From Klebsiella phage phiKp_32: DNA of 64,000 bases. Under the pieces are notes generated by a model. That model saw only the letters and a list, made by a program, of their open reading frames with translations. It did not search any database and was not told the origin of the DNA. Within the stretch, counting starts at the first letter, position 1; every line of letters begins with the position of its first letter. The translations under genes were made by a program, and so were the position numbers. The stretch is from sequence record LC768500.1; one strand, written 5' to 3'. This document shows, piece by piece, positions 30,014 to 39,082 of the stretch.

Positions 30014-30262
30014 ATGATGAATAGGTTGAAGTTAAGACTAAAGAAAAACCTTTCTAAGACCTATCGACAATCCATTAGGTTTGAATCAGATTACCGTTAT
30101 AGGGTTATCGACCTCGGCAATCATTTTCGTATTGAGAAAAGGATCTCTGGATATTGGATATTTGCGCACTGGATGCGTTTACCGGTTATTTTTAATACCT
30201 ACGACAGGGCTAAGAATAAGATCATTATTCTCGGCATTCATCACACGTTTAAACTCAACTAA
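30014..30262 (+). CDS. Hypothetical basic protein
   Basis: Preceded by tttttaggaattaacatcATG. Confidence 0.45.
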   Translation: MMNRLKLRLKKNLSKTYRQSIRFESDYRYRVIDLGNHFRIEKRISGYWIFAHWMRLPVIFNTYDRAKNKIIILGIHHTFKLN

Positions 30263-30292
30263 TCGATTCACTACTAATTAAGGAAACAAAAA

Positions 30293-30715
30293 ATGTACTT
30301 ATGGTTATTTCGTATTTTAATGGTGATTGCTGTCGCGCTCAATCTTTATGGGACGTCTATTGGTAGCGAACAAATCGTTTCGTTCGCCGACTGGTTATTT
30401 TTACTCTTCACATCATTCACGATAGGTTGTGTTATCGCTTTGTGTTTAGTTTACGCCACCCTATTCGCAGCGGGCCAAAAGGTCAAAGATATGGCTAAGA
30501 ATATCTTAGCTAAAAATGAAGAACGCAAGAAAAAATCATGGTACGGTCTCAGGGTATGTGTCGGTCGTATCTGGGTATTTGGTTTCATGGCGTTTATGGC
30601 TTACTCAGGTTCACCTATTTTGGCTACGCTCAGCATCGTCTTCGTATTGATGTCATATGGGCTGAGTTCTTTGATCATGACAAAGGTAAAAGACGTTGTC
30701 GCTAAGGAGATTTAA
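30293..30715 (+). CDS. Membrane protein (4 predicted TM segments)
   Basis: Hydrophobic blocks LFRILMVIAVALNLY, LLFTSFTIGCVIALCLVY, VFGFMAFMAY, ILATLSIVFVLMSYGL. Confidence 0.5.
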   Translation: MYLWLFRILMVIAVALNLYGTSIGSEQIVSFADWLFLLFTSFTIGCVIALCLVYATLFAAGQKVKDMAKNILAKNEERKKKSWYGLRVCVGRIWVFGFMAFMAYSGSPILATLSIVFVLMSYGLSSLIMTKVKDVVAKEI

Positions 30716-30963
30716 TGGAGAATATCTCTTTCGGTGATTACCGAAGATCATTGGGGCTAACCAGGACCAATCCTAAGACCGATAAAGAATTCTCCGTTCC
30801 TGATCACGCAGAACGCGTTTACGAGATTCCCACGGAGATTGATGTTATCGAGGGCGGCGTAAAGCTTGAGTACATCAATGGAAAGGGCCACGTGTATGCG
30901 ACATATCGCTGGATCGGCGACATGGGTTGGTGGCGCTGGGAAAGCAGAAATAAACCAAATTAA
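30715..30963 (+). CDS. Hypothetical protein
   Basis: 82-aa ORF; ATG overlaps the upstream stop. Confidence 0.45.
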   Translation: MENISFGDYRRSLGLTRTNPKTDKEFSVPDHAERVYEIPTEIDVIEGGVKLEYINGKGHVYATYRWIGDMGWWRWESRNKPN

Positions 30964-30977
30964 CTTTAGGGAATATC

Positions 30978-31430
30978 ATGGCTAACGAATTCAACATTAA
31001 CGGTAAAAGTATCAATGTGCCTTCAGGCGCGTCCATCAGTTTCTCCAATGGCGAACTGTTAATTAACGGCAAACCTCCTTCAGAGATTGAGCCTGGTCAG
31101 AACATCACAGTTAATATCATTGTGCAGGGCTCTGCTACGAAAATCGATATCGGATCAGGGACTGTCACTGTCAATGGATCGGCCGGGGAAATAAAAACAG
31201 CATCCGGCAACGTCAATGTCCAAGGTAATTGCGAGGGTCAGATAACCACCGCATCGGGTGATGTGGATGTTGGCCAGGAAGCAAGAAACGGAATAAAAAC
31301 TGCTTCTGGTAACGTGACCGCAAAGACTATAAAGGGAAACGTTGAAACTTCTTCCGGAGATATTCAAGCTGATCAGATCGCCGGTAATGTTAAAACGACT
31401 TTCGGTACGATAAAACCCCCTCATGGATAA
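30978..31430 (+). CDS. Beta-solenoid repeat protein (bactofilin-like T-A-S-G-N-V repeats)
   Basis: Tandem ~13-14-aa units: IKTASGNVNVQGN / ITTASGDVDVGQE / IKTASGNVTAKTIKGN / VETSSGDIQADQIAGN. Confidence 0.45.
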   Translation: MANEFNINGKSINVPSGASISFSNGELLINGKPPSEIEPGQNITVNIIVQGSATKIDIGSGTVTVNGSAGEIKTASGNVNVQGNCEGQITTASGDVDVGQEARNGIKTASGNVTAKTIKGNVETSSGDIQADQIAGNVKTTFGTIKPPHG

Positions 31431-31447
31431 ACCATTTATACTCCTAC

Positions 31448-31479
31448 GGCTTAATCGCCGTAGGAGTATATTTAAACGG
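31448..31479 (+). terminator. Hairpin atactcctacggc ttaat cgccgtaggagtat
   Basis: TCCTAC-core inverted repeat followed by a T-rich tract. Confidence 0.6.
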
Positions 31480-31523
31480 TTATTTTTAGTTATTGAACTT
31501 CTCTTCCCTTTTAAGGATTATCT

Positions 31524-32387
31524 ATGAATTTTCAATCTTTGAAGAAACTCGTCGGCCCGATTGAGTTATCTTGCATATCCTTCTGTTTGCTATTTATGAT
31601 ATTTAATCTACCGGCGGCTCAGGAGTCGTGGTTAATCTCCGCGGTATGTTATTTGGCTTTATTGTTCTCTGCCAGTTGGTTATTCGAAGCGACAGGCTGT
31701 GTTCTGTGTTATAAAACGGAAGGCGGGTATGATGACAAACACGATCTAGAACATGTAGAGAACGTATTGCGCGCCGACCTTAGTTCTAAAGAGTGGTCTG
31801 CATTAACAGCGTGGCGAGTTCTAGTCGGGGTGGTTGTTCTGTTAGGGCTGGGAATATGGTACGGGGTGGGTTATTTCACCATGTTCTTTGCATCGCAGGG
31901 ATTAGGTTTGCTTGTCAAAACCTATTACGATGATTGGAAGAAAAACAACCAACCGTTATTAGAGAACGCCCGTAAAGAATTCCTTTTAGCTATTCAAGAT
32001 GAAGGTGCTATTCTCAGCGGGGCTGTTTTTATTAAAGGTCGGGGATCCTTCATTCTTAAGAAAGGATATAACGCGGCCGAATTTGACGCCATGCTAGATT
32101 GGTTAGATTTCGATTATGACCAAGAAGCATTAGAAGACGGATTCATGATGATCCAGGGCTTCTTCGAACTTCAAGACAACTATCAAATCCAGCGTTATTG
32201 GGATGGGGAAGTTGGAGAATGTTGGGTGGTATTTAAGTACCATGATTTAAGTACCATAACCGATCCGTTAACCTTATCGGCTGCGTTATTAACCGATAAT
32301 GAATTCGTAGAAGAATTCGAAGAATATCTTAAACAGCATCCAGAAGAAATAGGATTAGAAAATGAAACCGATCGAACCGGGCTGTAA
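31524..32387 (+). CDS. Membrane-anchored hypothetical protein (N-terminal TM helices, soluble C-term)
   Basis: Hydrophobic N-terminal 130 aa, then charged C-terminal domain. Confidence 0.5.
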   Translation: MNFQSLKKLVGPIELSCISFCLLFMIFNLPAAQESWLISAVCYLALLFSASWLFEATGCVLCYKTEGGYDDKHDLEHVENVLRADLSSKEWSALTAWRVLVGVVVLLGLGIWYGVGYFTMFFASQGLGLLVKTYYDDWKKNNQPLLENARKEFLLAIQDEGAILSGAVFIKGRGSFILKKGYNAAEFDAMLDWLDFDYDQEALEDGFMMIQGFFELQDNYQIQRYWDGEVGECWVVFKYHDLSTITDPLTLSAALLTDNEFVEEFEEYLKQHPEEIGLENETDRTGL

Positions 32388-32787
32388 ATGTGTTATTGTA
32401 GCTGACAAATATACTCCTGAGAATGTCGGTAAGGTCGTTACGGTTATAAATCGTTACGGTCAGGGAAGTTTCTTCATATTTAAATACCCCGACGGAATTA
32501 CCGCGGGCGGATCGATCGACTCTCCCGCTTGGAGTGTTGTCGAGCAAATTGCTATGAGACTCATACCGCACGGGTCCTCACCTCTGGTGGTTCGTCGCAT
32601 CGTCGATCTTTGCGGATCCAATGGGAAAATAAATGGGTTGGTGGGGGAACACAGACTTATGCGTATCGATGGGGAAGACTTCGACGATAATCCTTATCAG
32701 GAGAAGAAACCCGTCTCCGACACACTAACTGAATTACAAACAAAATGGTTGGAGTCCCCTCAGGTCTGGGACCAATTCTCTTCTTAA
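32362..32787 (+). CDS. Hypothetical protein
   Basis: 141-aa ORF overlapping the upstream gene end. Confidence 0.45.
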   Translation: MKPIEPGCKCVIVADKYTPENVGKVVTVINRYGQGSFFIFKYPDGITAGGSIDSPAWSVVEQIAMRLIPHGSSPLVVRRIVDLCGSNGKINGLVGEHRLMRIDGEDFDDNPYQEKKPVSDTLTELQTKWLESPQVWDQFSS

Positions 32788-32809
32788 TCACTTATTCTTT
32801 GGAGTCGCT

Positions 32810-33067
32810 ATGAATTTCTTATGGGCCTTTCTTGGGTTTTTACTTATTTCCATTGTTGTTACAGTGGTTCTGGAAGTTAAGCGAGCGGGCGGTAAACCTA
32901 TTCCTAAGTTATCGTGGAAGAAGGGATCCTTCCCAGCAATGCCTTTCATCTCCTTTATCTTTGGGTGTTTGTTGGGTCAATACCAGAATATCTGGGTCTG
33001 TTTAATTGGACTCGCTCTAGTCGTGGTGTTACTAAAAACTGACTTCTTCTTCGAAGAAAAAGACTGA
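32810..33067 (+). CDS. Small membrane protein (2 TM)
   Basis: MNFLWAFLGFLLISIVVTVVL and VCLIGLALVVVLL. Confidence 0.5.
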   Translation: MNFLWAFLGFLLISIVVTVVLEVKRAGGKPIPKLSWKKGSFPAMPFISFIFGCLLGQYQNIWVCLIGLALVVVLLKTDFFFEEKD

Positions 33068-33135
33068 CTCTATAGGGCTAGCAAAAGCTAGCCCTATATT
33101 ACTTTTATGAATACCCAACTTTAGGAATCAAAATC

Positions 33136-33717
33136 ATGATGAATCAATTAAAGGATTGGATCGATTACTCTTCTTACTGGAATACGTATAACCGTGTCCT
33201 TCTTCGTAAGGGAGGGATGTACACCGAACAGATCGAACTGGAGCTCACCCCAATTAACGACGAGTGGGACGAAGTTAAACTCTGTAAAATCCGTAAGCAT
33301 CGTACGAGCATGGGACCGGGGGATAAAATTAGTCATCATCTCCATCCTGACATCTTTGCATTGATGGAAGAGAAGCTAGGGTATTATTTAGCCCATTTCA
33401 TCTTTCACTACGATATCTACACTAAGCTAACCAATTACGATGCGAGAAGATACTGGTACTTGCTCGATCGCTATGTCTTTAATGGTGGAGGTGGGATACC
33501 TCTGGTGCTGATAGACCCAAACTTTGATTTGCTGAGAGAGGATTGGGCTAAAGGCACTTCCTCGGCGTACACTGATGCAAAACAACGCATTATGGATAAA
33601 TTGAACATAGGTTTAGATCAGGTCAACGATCTGAAATTTCACGACATTTTAAGGCGTTTAGACGCCAACGATCATACGCCGTTTAGAACGGGTGTCATGA
33701 GTTGGGCGGGGGTTTAA
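33136..33717 (+). CDS. Hypothetical protein
   Basis: 193-aa ORF with RBS module ctttaggaatcaaaatcatgatg. Confidence 0.5.
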   Translation: MMNQLKDWIDYSSYWNTYNRVLLRKGGMYTEQIELELTPINDEWDEVKLCKIRKHRTSMGPGDKISHHLHPDIFALMEEKLGYYLAHFIFHYDIYTKLTNYDARRYWYLLDRYVFNGGGGIPLVLIDPNFDLLREDWAKGTSSAYTDAKQRIMDKLNIGLDQVNDLKFHDILRRLDANDHTPFRTGVMSWAGV

Positions 33718-33720
33718 TAA

Positions 33721-33963
33721 ATGAATCTTTATTTAGTAGAAGATCGAGCTATAGATTATAACGATTACGACGCCTATGTCAGTGCGGTGGTCGCGGCAAG
33801 CTCCGAAGAAGAAGCGAGAGAAACCCGTCACGGCCATCCGGTTTTTAACCCAAATGTAAAAATCCACTGGGTGAGTGATAAAGAACAATTAGCCGTTCGT
33901 TTAATCGGAACCTGTATAGATGAACAGACCGGCGTTATCGACGCTGATTTTAATGCAGGTTGA
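33721..33963 (+). CDS. Hypothetical acidic protein
   Basis: 80-aa ORF directly after the upstream stop. Confidence 0.45.
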   Translation: MNLYLVEDRAIDYNDYDAYVSAVVAASSEEEARETRHGHPVFNPNVKIHWVSDKEQLAVRLIGTCIDEQTGVIDADFNAG

Positions 33964-34002
33964 TGTATTCACAGAAAATAAAATGTCGAATAGGAGTTGG
34001 TT

Positions 34003-34272
34003 ATGTCTAAAGTATCAGCCAGCCCAACAAAGAGTTTGGGGTTATTGGTTGAAATCAAATCATTAATCAATGATGAACCATGTGCATCCGCCGAAGTCAT
34101 TGAGACTGACCTGGGGTGGATTGTTGAGTTTAAAACCAAAGCCGGTGTGAAGGTACTTGCTTCTACAAGAAATCCGTATCACCCCAAACTTTACAATTCC
34201 CCCAATGCAGCTTTGAATACGATCAAGTCTCTGGGCCTAGCCGAGACTAAAGTATTTTTTCTTAAGTCTTAG
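34003..34272 (+). CDS. Small protein, paralog A of a tandem pair
   Basis: ...ETDLGWIVEFKTKAGVKVLASTRNPYHPKLY...KVFFLKS; ATG at 34003 after taggagttggtt. The ORF-track start at 33997 is a TTG. Confidence 0.5.
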   Translation: MSKVSASPTKSLGLLVEIKSLINDEPCASAEVIETDLGWIVEFKTKAGVKVLASTRNPYHPKLYNSPNAALNTIKSLGLAETKVFFLKS

Positions 34273-34302
34273 GATCCAGGCTAGGTTTATTAAGGAAAGC
34301 AA

Positions 34303-34578
34303 ATGGCAGATACGTCAGAAATCATTATCACCAGAACGTTCGCTCAGTTAAAAGAACTTCGGATAATGATCAGCCGTAAATTGGTTAAGTCGGCTTCTTT
34401 GGTTGAAACTACAGAGGGATGGTCAGTAGAGTTCAAAACTGAATACGGAGATAGGATATTCTCTTCGTCAAAGAATGCGTACTATCCAAAGACCTTTAAA
34501 GGATTTACAGCGCCCATCAAAATGCTGAGAAAGATGGGATTTGACGAAGTAAAGCTGGTATTTCTAAAAGCCAAATGA
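34303..34578 (+). CDS. Small protein, paralog B of a tandem pair
   Basis: ...ETTEGWSVEFKTEYGDRIFSSSKNAYYPKTF...KLVFLKAK, alignable with 34003-34272. Confidence 0.5.
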   Translation: MADTSEIIITRTFAQLKELRIMISRKLVKSASLVETTEGWSVEFKTEYGDRIFSSSKNAYYPKTFKGFTAPIKMLRKMGFDEVKLVFLKAK

Positions 34579-34599
34579 TATTAATTTAGGAGAAATGAA

Positions 34600-34926
34600 A
34601 TGAAAGTAACAATCCAAGTGCTGGAAGACAGAGAAGTCGATATTATCGAGGCCTTAGAAAAAAGTTTGTTCGTCCCCCATTTCTATTTCGTGCATCGGGG
34701 GCGGGATAAAGGAGAATTCTTAGGGGAGGATGACGATTCTATTTTGATCATCTCACAGGAGTTGGTTGATTGTTGTCCTGAACTGGTCGTATTGGAATGC
34801 GGGGATTTGGAAAAACTATGTTTCTCCCAACGACGCACCAAAACCGAAAAAGAGGTTATTATCGAATACCTCAAAGCCAATCGAGAAAAGATTATCAAAG
34901 TCACTGACTTGCCGGGGTACTATTAA
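34600..34926 (+). CDS. Acidic hypothetical protein
   Basis: 108-aa ORF, RBS tttaggagaaatgaaATG. Confidence 0.45.
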   Translation: MKVTIQVLEDREVDIIEALEKSLFVPHFYFVHRGRDKGEFLGEDDDSILIISQELVDCCPELVVLECGDLEKLCFSQRRTKTEKEVIIEYLKANREKIIKVTDLPGYY

Positions 34927-35300
34927 TGTTAAAAAATCGTCCTGGGGTAATCGTTACTCATACCGACGCATCTTCTGCTCACGGTTGGATCGATCTGCTG
35001 ATTCGTGATCTCGACGATAAGAACGTTGAGACGCGATTCTGTATCTGCACCCCAACAAACCACAAGTTGGTTCATTTACTGGGCGAACCAGATGACTGCG
35101 TGCTGGAAATCTCCCAATGGAAACGAGACTCCCCGTATAACGTGGGTTATTTAGGAGCGCCGGAAATAAAGGGGTGTGAGCTTTCCGACGAAGAACTTCG
35201 TTCGTATGTGAAAGAGCACTCGGATAAAATTATTGATATCAATCTCGCGCTGGTTTTAACAAATGGGGGTGATTATGACGGCTCGTTATTTTGCCGGTGA
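34926..35300 (+). CDS. Hypothetical protein
   Basis: 124-aa ORF, start overlaps the upstream stop. Confidence 0.45.
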   Translation: MLKNRPGVIVTHTDASSAHGWIDLLIRDLDDKNVETRFCICTPTNHKLVHLLGEPDDCVLEISQWKRDSPYNVGYLGAPEIKGCELSDEELRSYVKEHSDKIIDINLALVLTNGGDYDGSLFCR

Positions 35301-35808
35301 TCTGCACTTAGGTGATCCTTCGATCATCAAATACCGTAAGCAGTTTAAAACGGTAAAGGAGCACGATGAATTTATCGCCGATACGATTTTGGTTAAACCT
35401 CGTGATCACGACGTGCTAACCATCGTGGGTGACGGATTCATTAAACCCGAATCGCTGTTCATCCTGAAGAAATTCCCGTATAAGAAACATCTTATCCCAG
35501 GGAATCACTGTATGGAGAAAGGCGTTAAAGTTACTGATCTCGCTGCTTTCTTCGACGTTGTTACCGGATCGTTTAAATGGAAGAGTGGGTTCTTCGTATC
35601 CCATGAACCTCAGCATCCTAATCATCTCCGAGGCCGCATCAATATTCACGCTCATTTGCATGATAAAGTAATCGAAGACGAACGTTATATCGGAGTGTCA
35701 TTAGAACAAACCGGTTATCGTTTAATCCATCACGATGAGATCTTATCTGGTTCTTATCGTACTTATCGCAAACCAACTCTTGAAGACCATTTACATTTAG
35801 GAGAATAG
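35263..35808 (+). CDS. Calcineurin-like metallophosphoesterase
   Basis: GDLHLGD, VGDGF and GNHC motifs in the order of phosphoesterase motifs I-III. Confidence 0.5.
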   Translation: MGVIMTARYFAGDLHLGDPSIIKYRKQFKTVKEHDEFIADTILVKPRDHDVLTIVGDGFIKPESLFILKKFPYKKHLIPGNHCMEKGVKVTDLAAFFDVVTGSFKWKSGFFVSHEPQHPNHLRGRINIHAHLHDKVIEDERYIGVSLEQTGYRLIHHDEILSGSYRTYRKPTLEDHLHLGE

Positions 35809-35810
35809 CC

Positions 35811-36101
35811 ATGGCTCGTAAACCTTCTACCGTAGGCGAGATTATTAAGAAAGAGTATCTCGAACCGATGAACATGAGTATGATGGAACTCTGCCGTCGG
35901 ACTCATTCAAGTAAGGGCGCTATTTTCCATCTGCTTAGCGGGAGCAATCGTCTGAGTATTGAGATGGCGTTTAAACTCGCTAAACTCTTCAACACAACTG
36001 AAGAGTTTTGGCTGAACCTTCAGCGGCAAGTAGATCTTTACGAAGCCAAACGGAATAAAGAACTTAAAGCGACCTTAAAGAAAATTACCCCCGTTGAGTA
36101 G
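35811..36101 (+). CDS. HigA/VapI-like antitoxin-family HTH protein (XRE type), no HigB partner
   Basis: MARKPSTVGEIIKKEYLEPMNMS...LAKLFNTTEEFWLNLQRQVDLYEA matches the HigA pattern P..GE.L..E.LEP.......LA..fg...EFWLNLQ..DL. Confidence 0.75.
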   Translation: MARKPSTVGEIIKKEYLEPMNMSMMELCRRTHSSKGAIFHLLSGSNRLSIEMAFKLAKLFNTTEEFWLNLQRQVDLYEAKRNKELKATLKKITPVE

Positions 36102-36128
36102 ACCGGGTAATAATTTATTTTTAGGAGA

Positions 36129-36671
36129 ATGATGATGATCAATTGTTTAGAACCCAACGAGTTCGCTCAGTTTAAAGCACAGTGGGATAAATATTTCGAG
36201 GAGGGTCTTCCCGGACTCGATGAAAGAATGAAGGGTCCGATGCTGATCCTGAACGCAATACCCGGGGTAGCGACCCGCTTTTGTTGTTCCGGTCATACCT
36301 TTGAAGAAAGGTTATCGTCCCACCCGACCAAAGCGTATTCTCGCGTACAGAAAAGGAACTTCATTTTTGTCGTTGAAGAAGGTCATGCTGATATTTTCTT
36401 TGCGTTTGAGATACTCTTCAAATTATTGAACAAAGACGAGTTTAGTTTTTGCCGGCCTTCTTTAGAAACCACTCTGCTCAAGAAAAACTTCGGTGAGTCG
36501 GAAACCTATCCGGTTTGGGTATTCGAAATGAATTGGGTTTACGAACTCACCGAGGAAGAAAAAATAAAGGGAAGGGATAAGACCCAGAACGAACTCTGGG
36601 AGAAACTCCTCAGAGGACTGTTCCTGATCACCGATCCTGAGACCCGTCATAAGCATCAGGAGTTACTCTAG
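36129..36671 (+). CDS. Hypothetical protein
   Basis: 180-aa ORF, RBS tttttaggagaatgatgatg. Confidence 0.5.
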   Translation: MMMINCLEPNEFAQFKAQWDKYFEEGLPGLDERMKGPMLILNAIPGVATRFCCSGHTFEERLSSHPTKAYSRVQKRNFIFVVEEGHADIFFAFEILFKLLNKDEFSFCRPSLETTLLKKNFGESETYPVWVFEMNWVYELTEEEKIKGRDKTQNELWEKLLRGLFLITDPETRHKHQELL

Positions 36672-36806
36672 TCTCTTCGATATTTAGCAAAGCAACAGTT
36701 CTCTTGTTAAGATAAATAAATGATGTAATGGTATGGCCTGTCGGCCTAGGTGGGGGTAGCCTTGTGGATTACTCTCATTCCTCTCGTAAATGTTGGAGAA
36801 ATAAAA

Positions 36807-37322
36807 ATGGCTAAAGAAAACGTTGTTCGTATTCCACTGTATAATTTAGGTAATCTTTCCTGCGTAGGGTATCGAGAAGGGTGTGGGTATAACGTTAAGG
36901 TTTATTGGGGTGATTATCTGCTGGCCTCTAAACCTAATCTCACTCAAGCGCTCGACTTCGCTTATATCGGAGTTCGACTCTTCTCCCCGACCCACAGTGA
37001 ATGGTTAACCAACGATCTGCGCTTAACTATTTGTGAATCGTTGATAAAAGCCCGTTTATTAATTGACGGTAATCATAGCGTAGAGCGTTCTTCTGTTCTT
37101 TCGGAGGGTTTCCTTAAGCATTGGAAAACAGACGAATCCGGAGTAGACTATTATCTGGAAGTACGTCTTGCTAGAGATCCAGGTAAAATAGAAGACGACA
37201 TCGTTCAAGTCACCTTAAAGTACGACAACGACGGGTGTAGTCTCACTCATAGCTTCAAGAAATACGCTTCCGTTTTCAACTATAAAAAGCATTTAGGTCT
37301 TTTCAAACAAGTTACCTATTGA
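36807..37322 (+). CDS. Hypothetical protein
   Basis: Start at MAKENVVRIP after ggagaaataaaaATG. Confidence 0.5.
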   Translation: MAKENVVRIPLYNLGNLSCVGYREGCGYNVKVYWGDYLLASKPNLTQALDFAYIGVRLFSPTHSEWLTNDLRLTICESLIKARLLIDGNHSVERSSVLSEGFLKHWKTDESGVDYYLEVRLARDPGKIEDDIVQVTLKYDNDGCSLTHSFKKYASVFNYKKHLGLFKQVTY

Positions 37323-37328
37323 GCCAAT

Positions 37329-37364
37329 CTAACTCCTACTCCCTTATCGGGAGTAGGAGTTATT
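37329..37364 (+). terminator. Hairpin family A copy (ctaactcctactccc ttatc gggagtaggagttattg)
   Basis: Identical core to the 13900 copy. Confidence 0.7.
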
Positions 37365-37437
37365 GCACATGTAAATAAAAACAGACCTGTATTATCTTTA
37401 TGTAGAACAATCCATAACCTTTTTAGGAGCAAATAAC

Positions 37438-37740
37438 ATGAACGTCTATTTAGTTAAACCGATGGAATTTACTGGCGATGAAGATATCAACGGCATGGTG
37501 GTAGTGGCAGAAAACAGTGTTGCCGCGCTCCTCACCCATCCTCATGTGGACGAGGACGGGAATTCATTTGAATGGGTACGGGATACGGATTCAGAAAACG
37601 GGGCGTGGGTTGATGAAGAAGGTCGAACAGATATCTTCCATGGTTGTGGGTGGCCAGCACCACATCGGTTACACTGTGTTCTGTTGGGCGTAGCCGCTGA
37701 CGGGATGGAAGAAGGCATCGTGTTGGTCGATCGCGATTAA
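37438..37740 (+). CDS. Acidic hypothetical protein
   Basis: 100-aa ORF, RBS ctttttaggagcaaataacatg. Confidence 0.5.
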   Translation: MNVYLVKPMEFTGDEDINGMVVVAENSVAALLTHPHVDEDGNSFEWVRDTDSENGAWVDEEGRTDIFHGCGWPAPHRLHCVLLGVAADGMEEGIVLVDRD

Positions 37741-37750
37741 GGGGTAGAAT

Positions 37751-38272
37751 ATGAAAGTTGTTAGATTTGGTAATGTAACCGTCAATAAAGATAATAAACT
37801 GGAGATCGCCCGATTTAATTTCTCCAGTGCGTATGACGGCGAACCAGTCACCCCGGCAGGGATGATTAAAGCTATCGTAAACTGTCTTAATGATTACGTT
37901 GGTAAGACGGATGGGATGTTCAGCCCCGTTAAGGATCTAAGTGGCTCGCCACTTCTAATGGGGTCAAACATTCCAAAAGATCAGTCGGTGTTAATGATTC
38001 CCGACGGCACCCTGGCTTTAGCCGAACTGGATCCTCCTGTCTTTAGCACCAACGAATACACGTTCTTAGAAGTAGAAGAACGCGTTTATCAGCTCATAGC
38101 GATGCAAATAGGTATAACACTCACTACCGAAATGGGCGTCATTCCTGGGTCGGTTGAACTGATTGATGTGGATGACTCTCGTCCACATCCCGACAATGTC
38201 GTAGGTTACTGCCTGACATTAGAAAATCCACCGCGGTATTTCTTGAAAGTTAAGAATAAAGGAGTTCGGTAA
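37751..38272 (+). CDS. Hypothetical protein
   Basis: 173-aa ORF. Confidence 0.5.
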   Translation: MKVVRFGNVTVNKDNKLEIARFNFSSAYDGEPVTPAGMIKAIVNCLNDYVGKTDGMFSPVKDLSGSPLLMGSNIPKDQSVLMIPDGTLALAELDPPVFSTNEYTFLEVEERVYQLIAMQIGITLTTEMGVIPGSVELIDVDDSRPHPDNVVGYCLTLENPPRYFLKVKNKGVR

Positions 38273-39057
38273 TGTTAGAGACCCAGCTTAAAGATCGCCT
38301 GACCATCCTGAACACTTTCGAATGGTTTACCTACTTCTGGAATAAATTCCAGGAAGGCATGTATGATGTAAGGCGAACCATGCATAGCGCGTCGGTTGCG
38401 ATTAATAACGGCGATTGTGCGGTAGCCGCTTTAGCGGTAAGTTCCGTTTTGAATCGTCGACTGGATGTTAACGTTGGAATGGCTCGCAATACTCTTCACG
38501 CCTGGGTCACTATCGGCAACGATATCTTTGATACCGAATTTCCAACGGGACACGATATAGCGAGTTTTAAATCTCGTTGGGGCGATCGTATCAGTGAGGT
38601 GGTTTTAACGCCTGAGACTCTCGTAGAAGAGTTTATGCCGTGCGATTTGGTAGGCGCCTATCTTGTAAAAGAATTTTGCGGGACAATGGGCGAGGTGCAT
38701 CCTAAAGAAATCGATTTTCTTCTGACCAACCCTACCGAATATGAATCTCAGGAAGGGATTAGTAAAATCGGAAAGGCTCTCGCATTTGCAGTAGAAGAAA
38801 CCCTGAAAGCCCGCAGGACAGTAACGACTATCAAACACGAGTCTTACTTCACTGCCAAAGAAGCCACGATGGATCATGAGCTCAAAGATCATGTCAGGGA
38901 TATCTATTCCGGTATTCTGATCTGCGTACTGGTGGATAAGAACGATCACAAAGTGATCGGAGAGTCTTATCACAAAGGACCAGAAACAGAACGCACGCTA
39001 CTGGCGAGATCCAGAGCTAAGTTTATTGCTCTGGATAAACTTAGAGACGTGGTGTGA
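38272..39057 (+). CDS. Protein with transglutaminase-like / papain-fold cysteine peptidase core
   Basis: NGDCAVAALA ... HAWVTIGNDIFD resembles the Cys-His-Asp core (G.C..FA / HAWxE) of transglutaminase-like proteases. Confidence 0.4.
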   Translation: MLETQLKDRLTILNTFEWFTYFWNKFQEGMYDVRRTMHSASVAINNGDCAVAALAVSSVLNRRLDVNVGMARNTLHAWVTIGNDIFDTEFPTGHDIASFKSRWGDRISEVVLTPETLVEEFMPCDLVGAYLVKEFCGTMGEVHPKEIDFLLTNPTEYESQEGISKIGKALAFAVEETLKARRTVTTIKHESYFTAKEATMDHELKDHVRDIYSGILICVLVDKNDHKVIGESYHKGPETERTLLARSRAKFIALDKLRDVV

Positions 39058-39082
39058 TCATTCAATTTTAGGAAACAAAATC

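Noticed and set aside
30081-30281. Alternative-frame 66-aa ORF overlapping 30014-30262
   Set aside because: The 30014 ORF is the one served by the conserved TTTAGGA...ATG module. The overlapping frame is hydrophobic, low-complexity and probably spurious.
35263-35808. HigB-like toxin upstream of the HigA-like gene
   Set aside because: The upstream ORF is 181 aa with phosphoesterase-type metal-binding motifs, not a ~90-aa RelE/HigB fold.
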